DNA of 64,000 nt from Candidatus Omnitrophota bacterium (GTDB lineage Bacteria > Omnitrophota > Omnitrophia > Omnitrophales > JACROU01), in the NCBI GenBank assembly GCA_029261035.1, contig JAJDCD010000025.1:194926-258925 (forward strand). Direction: 5' to 3'. Each line of letters begins with the position of its first letter. Within the stretch, counting starts at the first letter, position 1. Positions 28,023-36,419 of this stretch are shown in pieces. The notes under the pieces were generated by a model. It did no database searches and was not told where the DNA came from. It was given only the letters and a program-made list of their open reading frames with translations. The position numbers and the translations under genes are program-made.

Positions 28023-29048
28023 TTAAACGAGTCCTAATGTTTCATCATATCCAAATCGGATATTCATATTTTGAACAGCTTGACCACTAGCACCTTTTAC
28101 TAAGTTATCAATAGCGCTAATCACAATCACTTCTTTAGATCGAGCAGAAGACCAAATACCAATATCACAAAAATTGGTTCGAACCACATCTTTAATAGAA
28201 GGAAACGTTCCCAATGGCTTCACTCGTACAAAAGGCTCATCTTTGTATGCTTCTTTATAAGCCTTCAAAATCTTTTGAGGGGTAACGCCTTTAGCTTTCT
28301 TCAAATAAATCGTCGACAAAATCCCACGTTCAATAGGTAATAAATGGGGAACAAAAGCGATACTTACTTTCTTTCCCGAAAACTTCTTTAACAAAGCTTC
28401 TACTTCCGGCATATGTTGATGTTGGTTTACCTTGTATGCTTTAAAGTCTCCGTCTACGGTACAAAAGTGTGTCGCTTCAGACAGTTTCTTACCGGCACCA
28501 CTCACTCCCGACTTTGAATCAACTACAATAGATTCAAAATCAACAAGTTTATTTTCAAGGGCTGGTTTCAACCCCAACAAAATACTTGTAGGATAACACC
28601 CAGGATTAGCGATGAGCTTTGCTTTTTTCAGCTTAGACCGAAACACCTCCGGTAATCCATAAACAGCATCTCCCAACAAAAGCTTTTTAGTGTGCTTTTT
28701 CCCATACCAGATTTCATAAAGCTGAGCATCTTTAATTCGGAAGTCTGCCGAAAGATCAATTACCGTCTTCCCTTTTTTATATAAATCATAAGCCAAATCC
28801 ATTGCCTGTGTGTGTGGTAATGCAAGAAAAACCACATCCGATTCTTTTACAACTTTATTCAACTTAAACGTTTCCAAAGTAAGCCCATGATTTTTAGGTA
28901 AAGTAGGAATAATTTCCTCAATATCCTTTGGGTCTTTACTTCGTGTTGTTAAAGAAGTAATTTTTACATTAGGATGTTGTTGTAAGATCCGAACGAGCTC
29001 AATTCCCGTATAACCCGTAGCACCTACAACAGAAACACGAATCATCAT
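28023..29048 (-). CDS. argC: N-acetyl-gamma-glutamyl-phosphate reductase
   Basis: GATGYTG, DLSADFR, YGLPE, ANPGCYPT, SGVSGAG, DNLVKGASGQAVQN. Confidence 0.98.
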   Translation of the reverse strand: MMIRVSVVGATGYTGIELVRILQQHPNVKITSLTTRSKDPKDIEEIIPTLPKNHGLTLETFKLNKVVKESDVVFLALPHTQAMDLAYDLYKKGKTVIDLSADFRIKDAQLYEIWYGKKHTKKLLLGDAVYGLPEVFRSKLKKAKLIANPGCYPTSILLGLKPALENKLVDFESIVVDSKSGVSGAGKKLSEATHFCTVDGDFKAYKVNQHQHMPEVEALLKKFSGKKVSIAFVPHLLPIERGILSTIYLKKAKGVTPQKILKAYKEAYKDEPFVRVKPLGTFPSIKDVVRTNFCDIGIWSSARSKEVIVISAIDNLVKGASGQAVQNMNIRFGYDETLGLV

Positions 29049-29117
29049 TTTCTCCTCTTAAGTTCTATGAACTTTCAATCATGATACTGCTAAACAACTT
29101 ATAACTATTCCAAAGAC

Positions 29118-29176
29118 AAAAAAACCAGAAACTATGCCTAGGGTTTAGAACCCTTTAGAAAGGATTAGCTTCTGGT
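29118..29176 (-). terminator. Intrinsic terminator in the argC leader
   Basis: Minus strand 11-bp stem ACCAGAAGCTA / TAGTTTCTGGT with an internal AGGGTT-CTA-AACCCT hairpin, running into a T7 tract, ~70 nt before the argC start. Confidence 0.75.
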
Positions 29177-29184
29177 AGTCCAAG

Positions 29185-29269
29185 TTTCTCTTAGGTATCA
29201 AAATTTCATTCGATACAATTATCCTTCGTTATCCAAAGGTACTGGAGCAAAAAATGCCCCCTAAAGAAA
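29185..29269 (-). ncRNA. Candidate cis-regulatory four-way-junction leader RNA (unassigned)
   Basis: Manual fold: P1 UUUCUUUAG/CUAAGAGAAA, P2 GGGGCA/UGCUCC, P3 CCUUUG/CGAAGG, P4 GUAUCGAA/UUUGAUAC; lies between promoter and terminator. Confidence 0.5.
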
Positions 29270-29276
29270 AGAGCCA

Positions 29277-29305
29277 ATTATAGAGGAAAAAACCCAAGAA
29301 ATCAA
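29277..29305 (-). promoter_or_regulatory. Sigma70-type promoter pointing into the arg-lys operon
   Basis: Minus strand TTGATT-17 bp-TATAAT (-35 at 29305-29300, -10 at 29282-29277). Confidence 0.75.
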
Positions 29306-29519
29306 ACATCCATACATCCTAGCTCAATTCAATACTAATTCCCTAAGGGAGATCTTCGTCTTAAGTTCAAAATAGAGGCTCTTCCACAAAGCTTTCTCTC
29401 GTAGAGAAAGGAGCTGTAATTCAGGCTAAATACTATTAAATTTTAGCCCTACCGCTTGTATCTCATGCTATATTATGCGCTTACTTGCTTTGCTGTAGCC
29501 ATTCGTAGAAAGGTACCTA

Positions 29520-30434
29520 ATGATACAAAAGCTTAAGAAACACGTCGATTGGAAAAAATTAGAGAAAAGTTTAGGGGTTAAGCTTAAGAATCACAAATTT
29601 GCTCTTGCAGCATTAACCCACCCATCTTACCGAAACGAAATGAGACTGCACAATTTACTCTGTTTCGAAAGAATGGAATTCTTAGGAGATTCTATTTTAA
29701 ACTTTACCATCAGTGAAATCTTATATGAAAAATATAAAGATGGTGATGAAGGAATGCTCTCTAAACTAAAATCCATCCTCGTATCCGGGAAAATTCTAGC
29801 AAAAATAGCTAAGAAATTAAAACTAAGACAATTCATGATTTTAGGAAGAAGTGAACGTCATCATCCTGATTTGGAAAGAGCAAAAATTATGGCGGATACT
29901 TTCGAAGCTATTCTAGCTGCTATTTATTTTGATCGAGGGCTTCCAACAGCACAACGTTTCATAAAAAAACAATTTAAATTTTATTTCAGCCCTAAACGCC
30001 TCCACACTATTGGCGTCAGCCCAAAAACAATCCTGCAAGAATTATCACAAAAACATTTAAAAATTTTACCACAATACCAATCAGAGTTAAAAAAAGGTCT
30101 TTTTCATTGTACTGTGAGCTTAAAAAAAATCGGAAAAACAAAAGGTTCAGGGAGAACAAAAAAAGATGGTGAAGAAGCGGCCGCAAAACTGCTTATTGAA
30201 AAATTTGAATCCACAAAAGTTCCAACTACAATCACTTCAAGAATTCAAAGAAAAACAGAACCCAAGTCAAATTCCACAACAACGGATGCCCCTAAAAAGA
30301 AAATAGTTTTAAAAAAATCGAAAAAGAAAGCATCTCCTAAAAAGCCTACTTTAAAGACAAGCGTCAAAAAGAAAACTACAACTTCCAAAAAACCAGTTTC
30401 TAAATCAAAGAGTCCTGCTAAAAAGAAGAAATAA
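29520..30434 (+). CDS. rnc: Ribonuclease III with Lys-rich C-terminal extension
   Basis: ALTHPSY, ERMEFLGDSIL signature, ADTFEAILAAIYFD, dsRBD PKTILQEL...GSGRTKKDGEEAAAK. Confidence 0.95.
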   Translation: MIQKLKKHVDWKKLEKSLGVKLKNHKFALAALTHPSYRNEMRLHNLLCFERMEFLGDSILNFTISEILYEKYKDGDEGMLSKLKSILVSGKILAKIAKKLKLRQFMILGRSERHHPDLERAKIMADTFEAILAAIYFDRGLPTAQRFIKKQFKFYFSPKRLHTIGVSPKTILQELSQKHLKILPQYQSELKKGLFHCTVSLKKIGKTKGSGRTKKDGEEAAAKLLIEKFESTKVPTTITSRIQRKTEPKSNSTTTDAPKKKIVLKKSKKKASPKKPTLKTSVKKKTTTSKKPVSKSKSPAKKKK

Positions 30435-30439
30435 AGTTT

Positions 30440-33124
30440 CTACCCAAAAATAGAGCTGATAATTTTAGAAGCTTGGTCCACGGTATCCTGCATAGAGCTA
30501 TCTTCAGAACCTCCACTAAAAATTGAGCCTATTTTACTAATGATGGCACGTCCAATAGCCCTTTTATCAACTGAAACCTTAGGGTCTGAAATCGTTCCAC
30601 TCAGCCTAAAAGGAACAACTACAGCATTTGTTTCGGAGGGTGTTTGTTGCAACTCAAATTCTGAGATTTCGCCAAGTTGAGCCTTAGAATGAAAATCTAT
30701 ATTCTCATCAAAATCTACGATACCTTCACTGGTTACGTATAATTTATTTGAAAGCAAATAAGTGTCTGCAAATTTCACCTTTCGATCTGCAATCTGAATA
30801 CGTCCTTTGAGATTTCGAAAGCTCGTAAATTTAACTAAAGGATCACTTAAATTAAAACTCACCAATTCCGGCAAAGTTGAAAAAGCCCCTAATAAATTTA
30901 CCCCATAAATTTCCCCGTTACTAATATCAAAAGCACCTTGGCCAATAATCGTTTCTTCCAACTGATCCCGACCCCCTATTTCCCCTTGAACATTTAAGCT
31001 AGCGTTAAGAAGCCCCGACATAATTTTTTTCTCAAATTTCTGAAATAGGATTTCCATCGGCACGTTAACACTATCCAACTTCAAAACATAACGAGGAGGA
31101 AGAGAATCGAAAGACGCCTTTCCTACTACTTCCACAGAACCCTGGCCTGCTCTTATTTTTAAAGTTTGAATATCCGCCTTTCCATTATCAAACTGAATTA
31201 CTCCTTTCAAATCCGTCAACGAAATACCTTGAAACAAAACTTCTTTAAGGCTGATATTAATATTGCCTGTCGCTTTTCTTAAAGGCTCGGGCAAACTGTT
31301 TGTGACCCGAGAGGAATCCGGAGAAGCTAAAAGGGAGTCAAAGGAAATTAGAGAAGAAGCCTCTTCTGCATAAGCGGTTCTTTCCCAAAAAGAAGATCTT
31401 GCTGTTTTAATAGCTTGAGTTTGCGCTTGAGCGATCGTAGGATTTTGAATTTCTTTAACAGTGTCTATAAGTGAGATAAAATCATCAACCACAAATTTAT
31501 CCGATTGAATATCCATTTCAAATTGAGGAGCCAAAGGATCATTTAAAGCTAAATTCATTTTAAGATCCGTGTCATTCAATTTTAGCAATACTTCCTGAAA
31601 GGCTATTCGATCCGAATTAAAATCAAAAGAACCGGACAAATGCCGCACCAACACCTTATCTCCAGAAGACAAGGTTACGGAATCCAAAATAGTATGCGTC
31701 CCATATTTAGATTGTTTAAAATCTGTCAACTTCCCTTTTAAAGTAGCCAATAGCTTCGCTTCACCCTCCAAAGTTAAGCCCTTCATAGGAACAAAAACTC
31801 CATCAAAATCACTAAGAGGAAATTTATTAGATATAAAGTTTACGTCTCCCTCAAGAGTCTCTAGACTCAACCTTGCACTCGTACCTTTCACATTCATACT
31901 TCCAAAACGGATATTAAATTCCACATCTTCTAACTCTTCCGAAGCAATTTTAGACTGTAATGAAGCTGAAAAACTTTGCCCTGACTTCTTCTTTAAAACT
32001 TGAGGCACTTCCAGTAGAGCTTCTTTTAAATCGACATCTAAACTCACCGCTAGATTATCCGCAGGACCTTTCACAATAACCGAAGCAGCGGCATTCCCTT
32101 CAGCAGTCCAATTTGAGAGATAACCTATCTCAGCCAATAAATTCGAAGGTAATTGTGGGATGAATTCGTTTAAATTAAGGTCTCGGATACGTAATGTAAA
32201 ATCAATTTGAGGTTGTTCACTCATGCTCACACTGCCAAAACTAACCCCCTCAAGACCTAGGCCAGTAATATTCATGTTATCCATTTGAAAAGTTTGATTA
32301 GCTTGAGTCCAACTGTAATCCGTCTCAAACTTAAGAGGAATAGAAAAAGGCAGCGACTCAACAACCTCCCCTTCCACTACCGTCTTAATTGTATTTAATT
32401 TACCTTCACCATAATCCAAATCTTGAAAAGTTAATATAGAGGTCCCATTCACATCCTGAGATGTAGAATTAAACGAAACAACCCCTTGTGAACCCAACAT
32501 CAAAGATCGGATTGGCAACGAAGTTCTAATCAACCCCGACTTCACTAGTACTGCCCAATCTAACTGAGAAACATCATAACGCATACTCATTTCATTAAAT
32601 TCAAACTTACCTTCATCAAGAGATAAAAAAGCATCTCCTTCCACTTCAAAAGTACTATCTGTTTCAAATAAATGTCCTTCAAAAGAAAATCTCGAAGGGG
32701 TTTTAAAATCAACCGACTTCACCCTTCCTTCCACATCCGTTAATTGAATAAAAGCTTTCTTTCCCTTTTCCACCCATTCATAGTAAACATCAACACCTTT
32801 CATCTGAACAGAACTCGCTTCAATATTTTTAAAAATTAATGGGAATAATTTCAAAAATACTTTTGCTTTTTTTGCTTTTAATACAGGAATTTCCTTTGAG
32901 GATTTAGGAGAGTAAACAACAACATTAGAAACCTCAATAAATGCAGATGGAATAAACCCTACACCAATTTCACCAATTTCAAATTGGTCCCCTGCACGAG
33001 CTTTTATTTGAGATGTAAGATAGTCTTGAATATCAGAATTTGAAACAAATAAAGGAAGAGCAAAAATAACAGCAGCAACAATTAGAACAATAACAATAAG
33101 AAGAATGCTAATAACTTTTTTCAT
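30440..33124 (-). CDS. AsmA-family envelope protein
   Basis: N-terminal TM anchor, long beta-rich body, C-terminal G-x-G-x-F...NGEIYGVNL...VPFRLSGTISDP pattern typical of AsmA-like proteins. Confidence 0.75.
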   Translation of the reverse strand: MKKVISILLIVIVLIVAAVIFALPLFVSNSDIQDYLTSQIKARAGDQFEIGEIGVGFIPSAFIEVSNVVVYSPKSSKEIPVLKAKKAKVFLKLFPLIFKNIEASSVQMKGVDVYYEWVEKGKKAFIQLTDVEGRVKSVDFKTPSRFSFEGHLFETDSTFEVEGDAFLSLDEGKFEFNEMSMRYDVSQLDWAVLVKSGLIRTSLPIRSLMLGSQGVVSFNSTSQDVNGTSILTFQDLDYGEGKLNTIKTVVEGEVVESLPFSIPLKFETDYSWTQANQTFQMDNMNITGLGLEGVSFGSVSMSEQPQIDFTLRIRDLNLNEFIPQLPSNLLAEIGYLSNWTAEGNAAASVIVKGPADNLAVSLDVDLKEALLEVPQVLKKKSGQSFSASLQSKIASEELEDVEFNIRFGSMNVKGTSARLSLETLEGDVNFISNKFPLSDFDGVFVPMKGLTLEGEAKLLATLKGKLTDFKQSKYGTHTILDSVTLSSGDKVLVRHLSGSFDFNSDRIAFQEVLLKLNDTDLKMNLALNDPLAPQFEMDIQSDKFVVDDFISLIDTVKEIQNPTIAQAQTQAIKTARSSFWERTAYAEEASSLISFDSLLASPDSSRVTNSLPEPLRKATGNINISLKEVLFQGISLTDLKGVIQFDNGKADIQTLKIRAGQGSVEVVGKASFDSLPPRYVLKLDSVNVPMEILFQKFEKKIMSGLLNASLNVQGEIGGRDQLEETIIGQGAFDISNGEIYGVNLLGAFSTLPELVSFNLSDPLVKFTSFRNLKGRIQIADRKVKFADTYLLSNKLYVTSEGIVDFDENIDFHSKAQLGEISEFELQQTPSETNAVVVPFRLSGTISDPKVSVDKRAIGRAIISKIGSIFSGGSEDSSMQDTVDQASKIISSIFG

Positions 33125-33157
33125 CGATGACCCCAGAATACTTCTAGTAAGAATAGA

Positions 33158-33346
33158 TTAATATCCAGAAGGACTATAAGCTCCATAGCTTGAAAACGGG
33201 TCTCTAGACCCAGAAGAACTCGCATCCGATTGCGCTGCCGCAAGCCCCCCAGAACCATAGGAGTAGTCCTCAAAGAACTCTGCACAACCAGAAACAATAA
33301 GAGATGAAAATAGAATCATAATTACAAACATGAGTTTAAAATTCAT
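33158..33346 (-). CDS. Small hypothetical lipoprotein
   Basis: Lipobox VSG-C, AAGG upstream, fills the gap between the rpsI terminator and the asmA-like gene. Confidence 0.55.
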   Translation of the reverse strand: MNFKLMFVIMILFSSLIVSGCAEFFEDYSYGSGGLAAAQSDASSSGSRDPFSSYGAYSPSGY

Positions 33347-33362
33347 AATAACCTTCTAAAAT

Positions 33363-33397
33363 AAAAAAGGTGACATAAAACCTATGTCACCTTTTTT
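33363..33397 (-). terminator. Intrinsic (bidirectional-type) terminator after rpsI
   Basis: AAAAAAGGTGACATA-AAACC-TATGTCACCTTTTTT. Confidence 0.88.
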
Positions 33398-33427
33398 GAG
33401 CTTAAACTTAAAACTAAATAATAAATA

Positions 33428-33835
33428 TTAACGTTTTACGAATTGGAACTTACGACGAGCACCCTTTTGTCCAAACTTTTTACGTTCTTTTTCTCTAGGG
33501 TCTCGTGTTAAAAATCCGAATTTTCTTAAAGATGCCTTTAAATCTGGATTCCACTCTACAAGAGCACGGGAAATCCCCAACTGAAGAGCTCCTGCTTGCC
33601 CACTAAGCCCTCCGCCATTTAAAGTTGCTTTAACTTTAAACTGATTGATTGTTTTAGACTCTTCAAGGGGTTGACGAATTAACATGATTTGAATTGGAGT
33701 GAAATTATTTGCTTCTAACGGCTTTCCATCTACCTCAAATCCAGATTCTCCTTCTTCTAACCAAACGCGAGCAACAGCTGATTTTCTTCTTCCTGTTGCG
33801 TAATATTTCTTTGTTTCTTTTGTAGCAGCTGACAT
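33428..33835 (-). CDS. rpsI: 30S ribosomal protein S9
   Basis: ATGRRKSAVARV, GGGLSGQAGA, LTRDPREKERKKFGQKGARRKFQFVKR. Confidence 0.98.
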   Translation of the reverse strand: MSAATKETKKYYATGRRKSAVARVWLEEGESGFEVDGKPLEANNFTPIQIMLIRQPLEESKTINQFKVKATLNGGGLSGQAGALQLGISRALVEWNPDLKASLRKFGFLTRDPREKERKKFGQKGARRKFQFVKR

Positions 33836-33861
33836 ATTTAAAATCTCCTTAAACGAACGGG

Positions 33862-34338
33862 CTATTTAATTTCAAAAATTTCCGGATTCTGTGCTTGATG
33901 TTTATGAGCACTATCAGGATAAACAAGTAATCTTTTTAACATTCTGGAACCCAACTTATTCTTTGGAAGCATTCCCTTTACCGCTTTGGTAAGAGCTGCT
34001 GTAGGTTTTTTTTCCATCAAAGTTTCTAAACTATACTCTTTAAGACCGCCTTGATAACCGGTGTAATAAGAATACACTTTATCTTTTACTTTTCTTCCTG
34101 TAACCAAAACATCTTTAGCATTAAGAACAACAACATGATCTCCATTATCCCAATGAGGAACATATGTTTTTTTGTTCTTTCCAATTAGCTTGCCAGCAAT
34201 TTGTACTGCCGCACGCCCTAAAACCTTGCCTTTAACATCAACAACAAACCACTTACCTTCATCAAGGGTTCCACGTGTTGCCGCAAGTCTAACTTCACCT
34301 TTTTTCTTTATACCTGTAATTGTTTTAGCTTCTGACAT
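33862..34338 (-). CDS. rplM: 50S ribosomal protein L13
   Basis: WFVVD...LGR, YVPHWDNGDHVVVLNA, YTGYQGGLK, AVKGMLPKNKLG; upstream of rpsI. Confidence 0.97.
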   Translation of the reverse strand: MSEAKTITGIKKKGEVRLAATRGTLDEGKWFVVDVKGKVLGRAAVQIAGKLIGKNKKTYVPHWDNGDHVVVLNAKDVLVTGRKVKDKVYSYYTGYQGGLKEYSLETLMEKKPTAALTKAVKGMLPKNKLGSRMLKRLLVYPDSAHKHQAQNPEIFEIK

Positions 34339-34410
34339 GACTCTTTAAGACTCCTAATTCGTATTCGTTTTATCTTAATAAAGGGTATTTTCCCCATAGA
34401 AAAGGCTCGA

Positions 34411-34419
34411 AGTATAGCA
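34411..34419 (-). promoter_or_regulatory. Extended -10 promoter element for rplM-rpsI
   Basis: Minus strand TGCTATACT about 70 nt upstream of rplM. Confidence 0.5.
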
Positions 34420-34576
34420 TAAAGCTCTAGTTGAAGGAAAGTTTTTTTACCCAAATACCCCTTAGTTTTTTTAGGTAAAACAACCCTAAGTTATTTAATT
34501 AATATAACTTAGGAAAATTAAAAATTATTCTCCTTAAGCACCCCACCGTCACAACGCTATACCCACTGAGGTTTAT

Positions 34577-35323
34577 CTAATACTTCACCCTAATCAAACA
34601 AAGTCCTTTTCCGGGAACGTTCGGACCCGCTTTTTTCCGGTCTTTTGCCTTTAAAATAGTTCTCAATTCTTTAATATCAATTTTTTCAAGGCCAACCCAA
34701 ATCAAGGTGCCTACAATATTTCTTACCATATTATACAAAAACCCATTTGCTTCTAAAGTAAAATAAATCAAAGCTCCTTTTTTCTGAATGCTCAATCGAG
34801 TTAAATTACGTACAGTACTCATCTCTTTATTTCCACCACTGGACTGAAACGATTTAAAATCATGGCGTCCAATCAAAACTTTAGCCGCTGCTTTCATTTT
34901 AGAAACATTCAAAGGCATAATGTAATGATAAACAGTACGATCTTGAAGTGGAGTTCTTAACCGAGAGTTCCAAACAGAGTATCGATACACTTTTCCTTTA
35001 GCATCATAGCGCGCATGAAAGTCATCTTTAACTTTTTCCAGTTTCTTAATCACAATATCTTTGGAAAGGTTTGCATTTATTGCTCGTTGCAAATCATTCA
35101 ACTTCATTTTGTCAGGAACTTTTACATGAGCTGTTTGAGCTAAAGCATGAACCCCACTATCTGTTCTTCCAGCACCCGACACTTTAATGGGCTTCTGAAA
35201 GATCTTGGAGAATGCCTTCTCCAAGTCCTCCTGAACCGTACGGTGCTTCTTTTGTATCTGAAACCCATACAAGCGGGTCCCATCATATTCCATCGTTAAT
35301 TTTAAAGTATGGACTTTAATCAT
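34577..35323 (-). CDS. truA: tRNA pseudouridine(38-40) synthase
   Basis: YDGT, GAGRTDSGVHA, FHARY, ANGFLYNMVR. Confidence 0.97.
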   Translation of the reverse strand: MIKVHTLKLTMEYDGTRLYGFQIQKKHRTVQEDLEKAFSKIFQKPIKVSGAGRTDSGVHALAQTAHVKVPDKMKLNDLQRAINANLSKDIVIKKLEKVKDDFHARYDAKGKVYRYSVWNSRLRTPLQDRTVYHYIMPLNVSKMKAAAKVLIGRHDFKSFQSSGGNKEMSTVRNLTRLSIQKKGALIYFTLEANGFLYNMVRNIVGTLIWVGLEKIDIKELRTILKAKDRKKAGPNVPGKGLCLIRVKY

Positions 35324-35338
35324 AAGTTAAGTTTCGCG

Positions 35339-35382
35339 GTGACTGTCACGCGGATTCAAAGACCGAAGGATGTGACTGTCAC
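35339..35382. repeat. Pair of GTGACTGTCAC palindromes
   Basis: Identical 11-mers at 35339-35349 and 35372-35382 in the asd-truA spacer. Confidence 0.7.
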
Positions 35383-35402
35383 GGACCAACCCCACAGCCC
35401 CA

Positions 35403-36401
35403 TCACAGGTTTTCTGCAATTTGAACTGCGTTTAAAGCAGCTCCTTTGCGAAGATTATCTGAAACAAGCCACAAGTTAATGCTCGAAGGATGAGAAACAT
35501 CCTCTCGGATTCGTCCTACAAAAGTTTCATCTCGACCTGCCAAATCATATGGCATGGGATACTGATTGTTTTCAGGATCATCAAGCAAACAGATTCCAGG
35601 AGCAGAAGACAACAACTCTTTAACTTCTGCTGCACTCAACTTCTTCTCAGTCTCAATCGTTAAACTTTCAGAATGCGCAAAGAAGACAGGAACACGCACA
35701 CAAGTAGCCGTTACTTGTATGGAATCATCCCCAAGAATTTTTTTAGTTTCTTCTACCATTTTCATTTCTTCTTTGGTATATCCGTTATCCATAAAAACAT
35801 CAATATGTGGGATACAATTAAAAGCTATGGGATGTTGGAATTTATCAACAACAAGGTCTTTCCCATCCACCCAATCTTTAACTTGAGTTTTTAACTCCTC
35901 TATCGCAGTAGCTCCGGCTCCCGAAACAGACTGATAGGTGCTCACCACAACTCTCTTAATTTTTGCCACTTGATGAATCGGGTTTAACGCCAATACCATT
36001 CCGATAGTAGAACAATTAGGATTTGCAATAATCCCTTTATGCTTTTCTATATCCGCTGCATTCACTTCAGGAACCACTAGAGGAACATTCGGGTCCATGC
36101 GAAATTGACTCGTATTATCTACAACAACAGCACCCGCTGCAGCAGCTATTGGCGCAAATTCTTTACTCCGAGCGGCACCGGCACTGAATAAAGCAATATC
36201 AATTCCTTGAAAAGAATCTTTGTTTAAAGCCTCAACGGTTAATTCTTGTCCTAAAAAAGATATTTTTTTACCTGCAGATCTTTCTGAAGCAAGCAAACGA
36301 ATACTGTTAAAAGGAAAATTCCTCTGCTCCAAAACTTCTAACATTTTTTGTCCTACAGCACCTGTAGCCCCTACAACAGCAATATTTTTCTTCTCCATCA
36401 C
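35403..36401 (-). CDS. asd: Aspartate-semialdehyde dehydrogenase
   Basis: GATGAVG, IIANPNCST, STYQSVSGAG, TCVRVPV, DNLRKGAALNAVQI. Confidence 0.98.
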   Translation of the reverse strand: MMEKKNIAVVGATGAVGQKMLEVLEQRNFPFNSIRLLASERSAGKKISFLGQELTVEALNKDSFQGIDIALFSAGAARSKEFAPIAAAAGAVVVDNTSQFRMDPNVPLVVPEVNAADIEKHKGIIANPNCSTIGMVLALNPIHQVAKIKRVVVSTYQSVSGAGATAIEELKTQVKDWVDGKDLVVDKFQHPIAFNCIPHIDVFMDNGYTKEEMKMVEETKKILGDDSIQVTATCVRVPVFFAHSESLTIETEKKLSAAEVKELLSSAPGICLLDDPENNQYPMPYDLAGRDETFVGRIREDVSHPSSINLWLVSDNLRKGAALNAVQIAENL

Positions 36402-36419
36402 TCTTCCCCTTCCAAACTT

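Noticed and set aside
29185-29269. tRNA gene (cloverleaf-like fold)
   Set aside because: No GTTCRA T-loop, no D-loop GG, a 5-nt rather than 7-nt middle loop, and no clean 7-bp acceptor stem
29170-29270. T-box or lysine riboswitch identity for the argC leader
   Set aside because: No UGGNACC antiterminator bulge or specifier stem; too short for the lysine aptamer and lacking its conserved core
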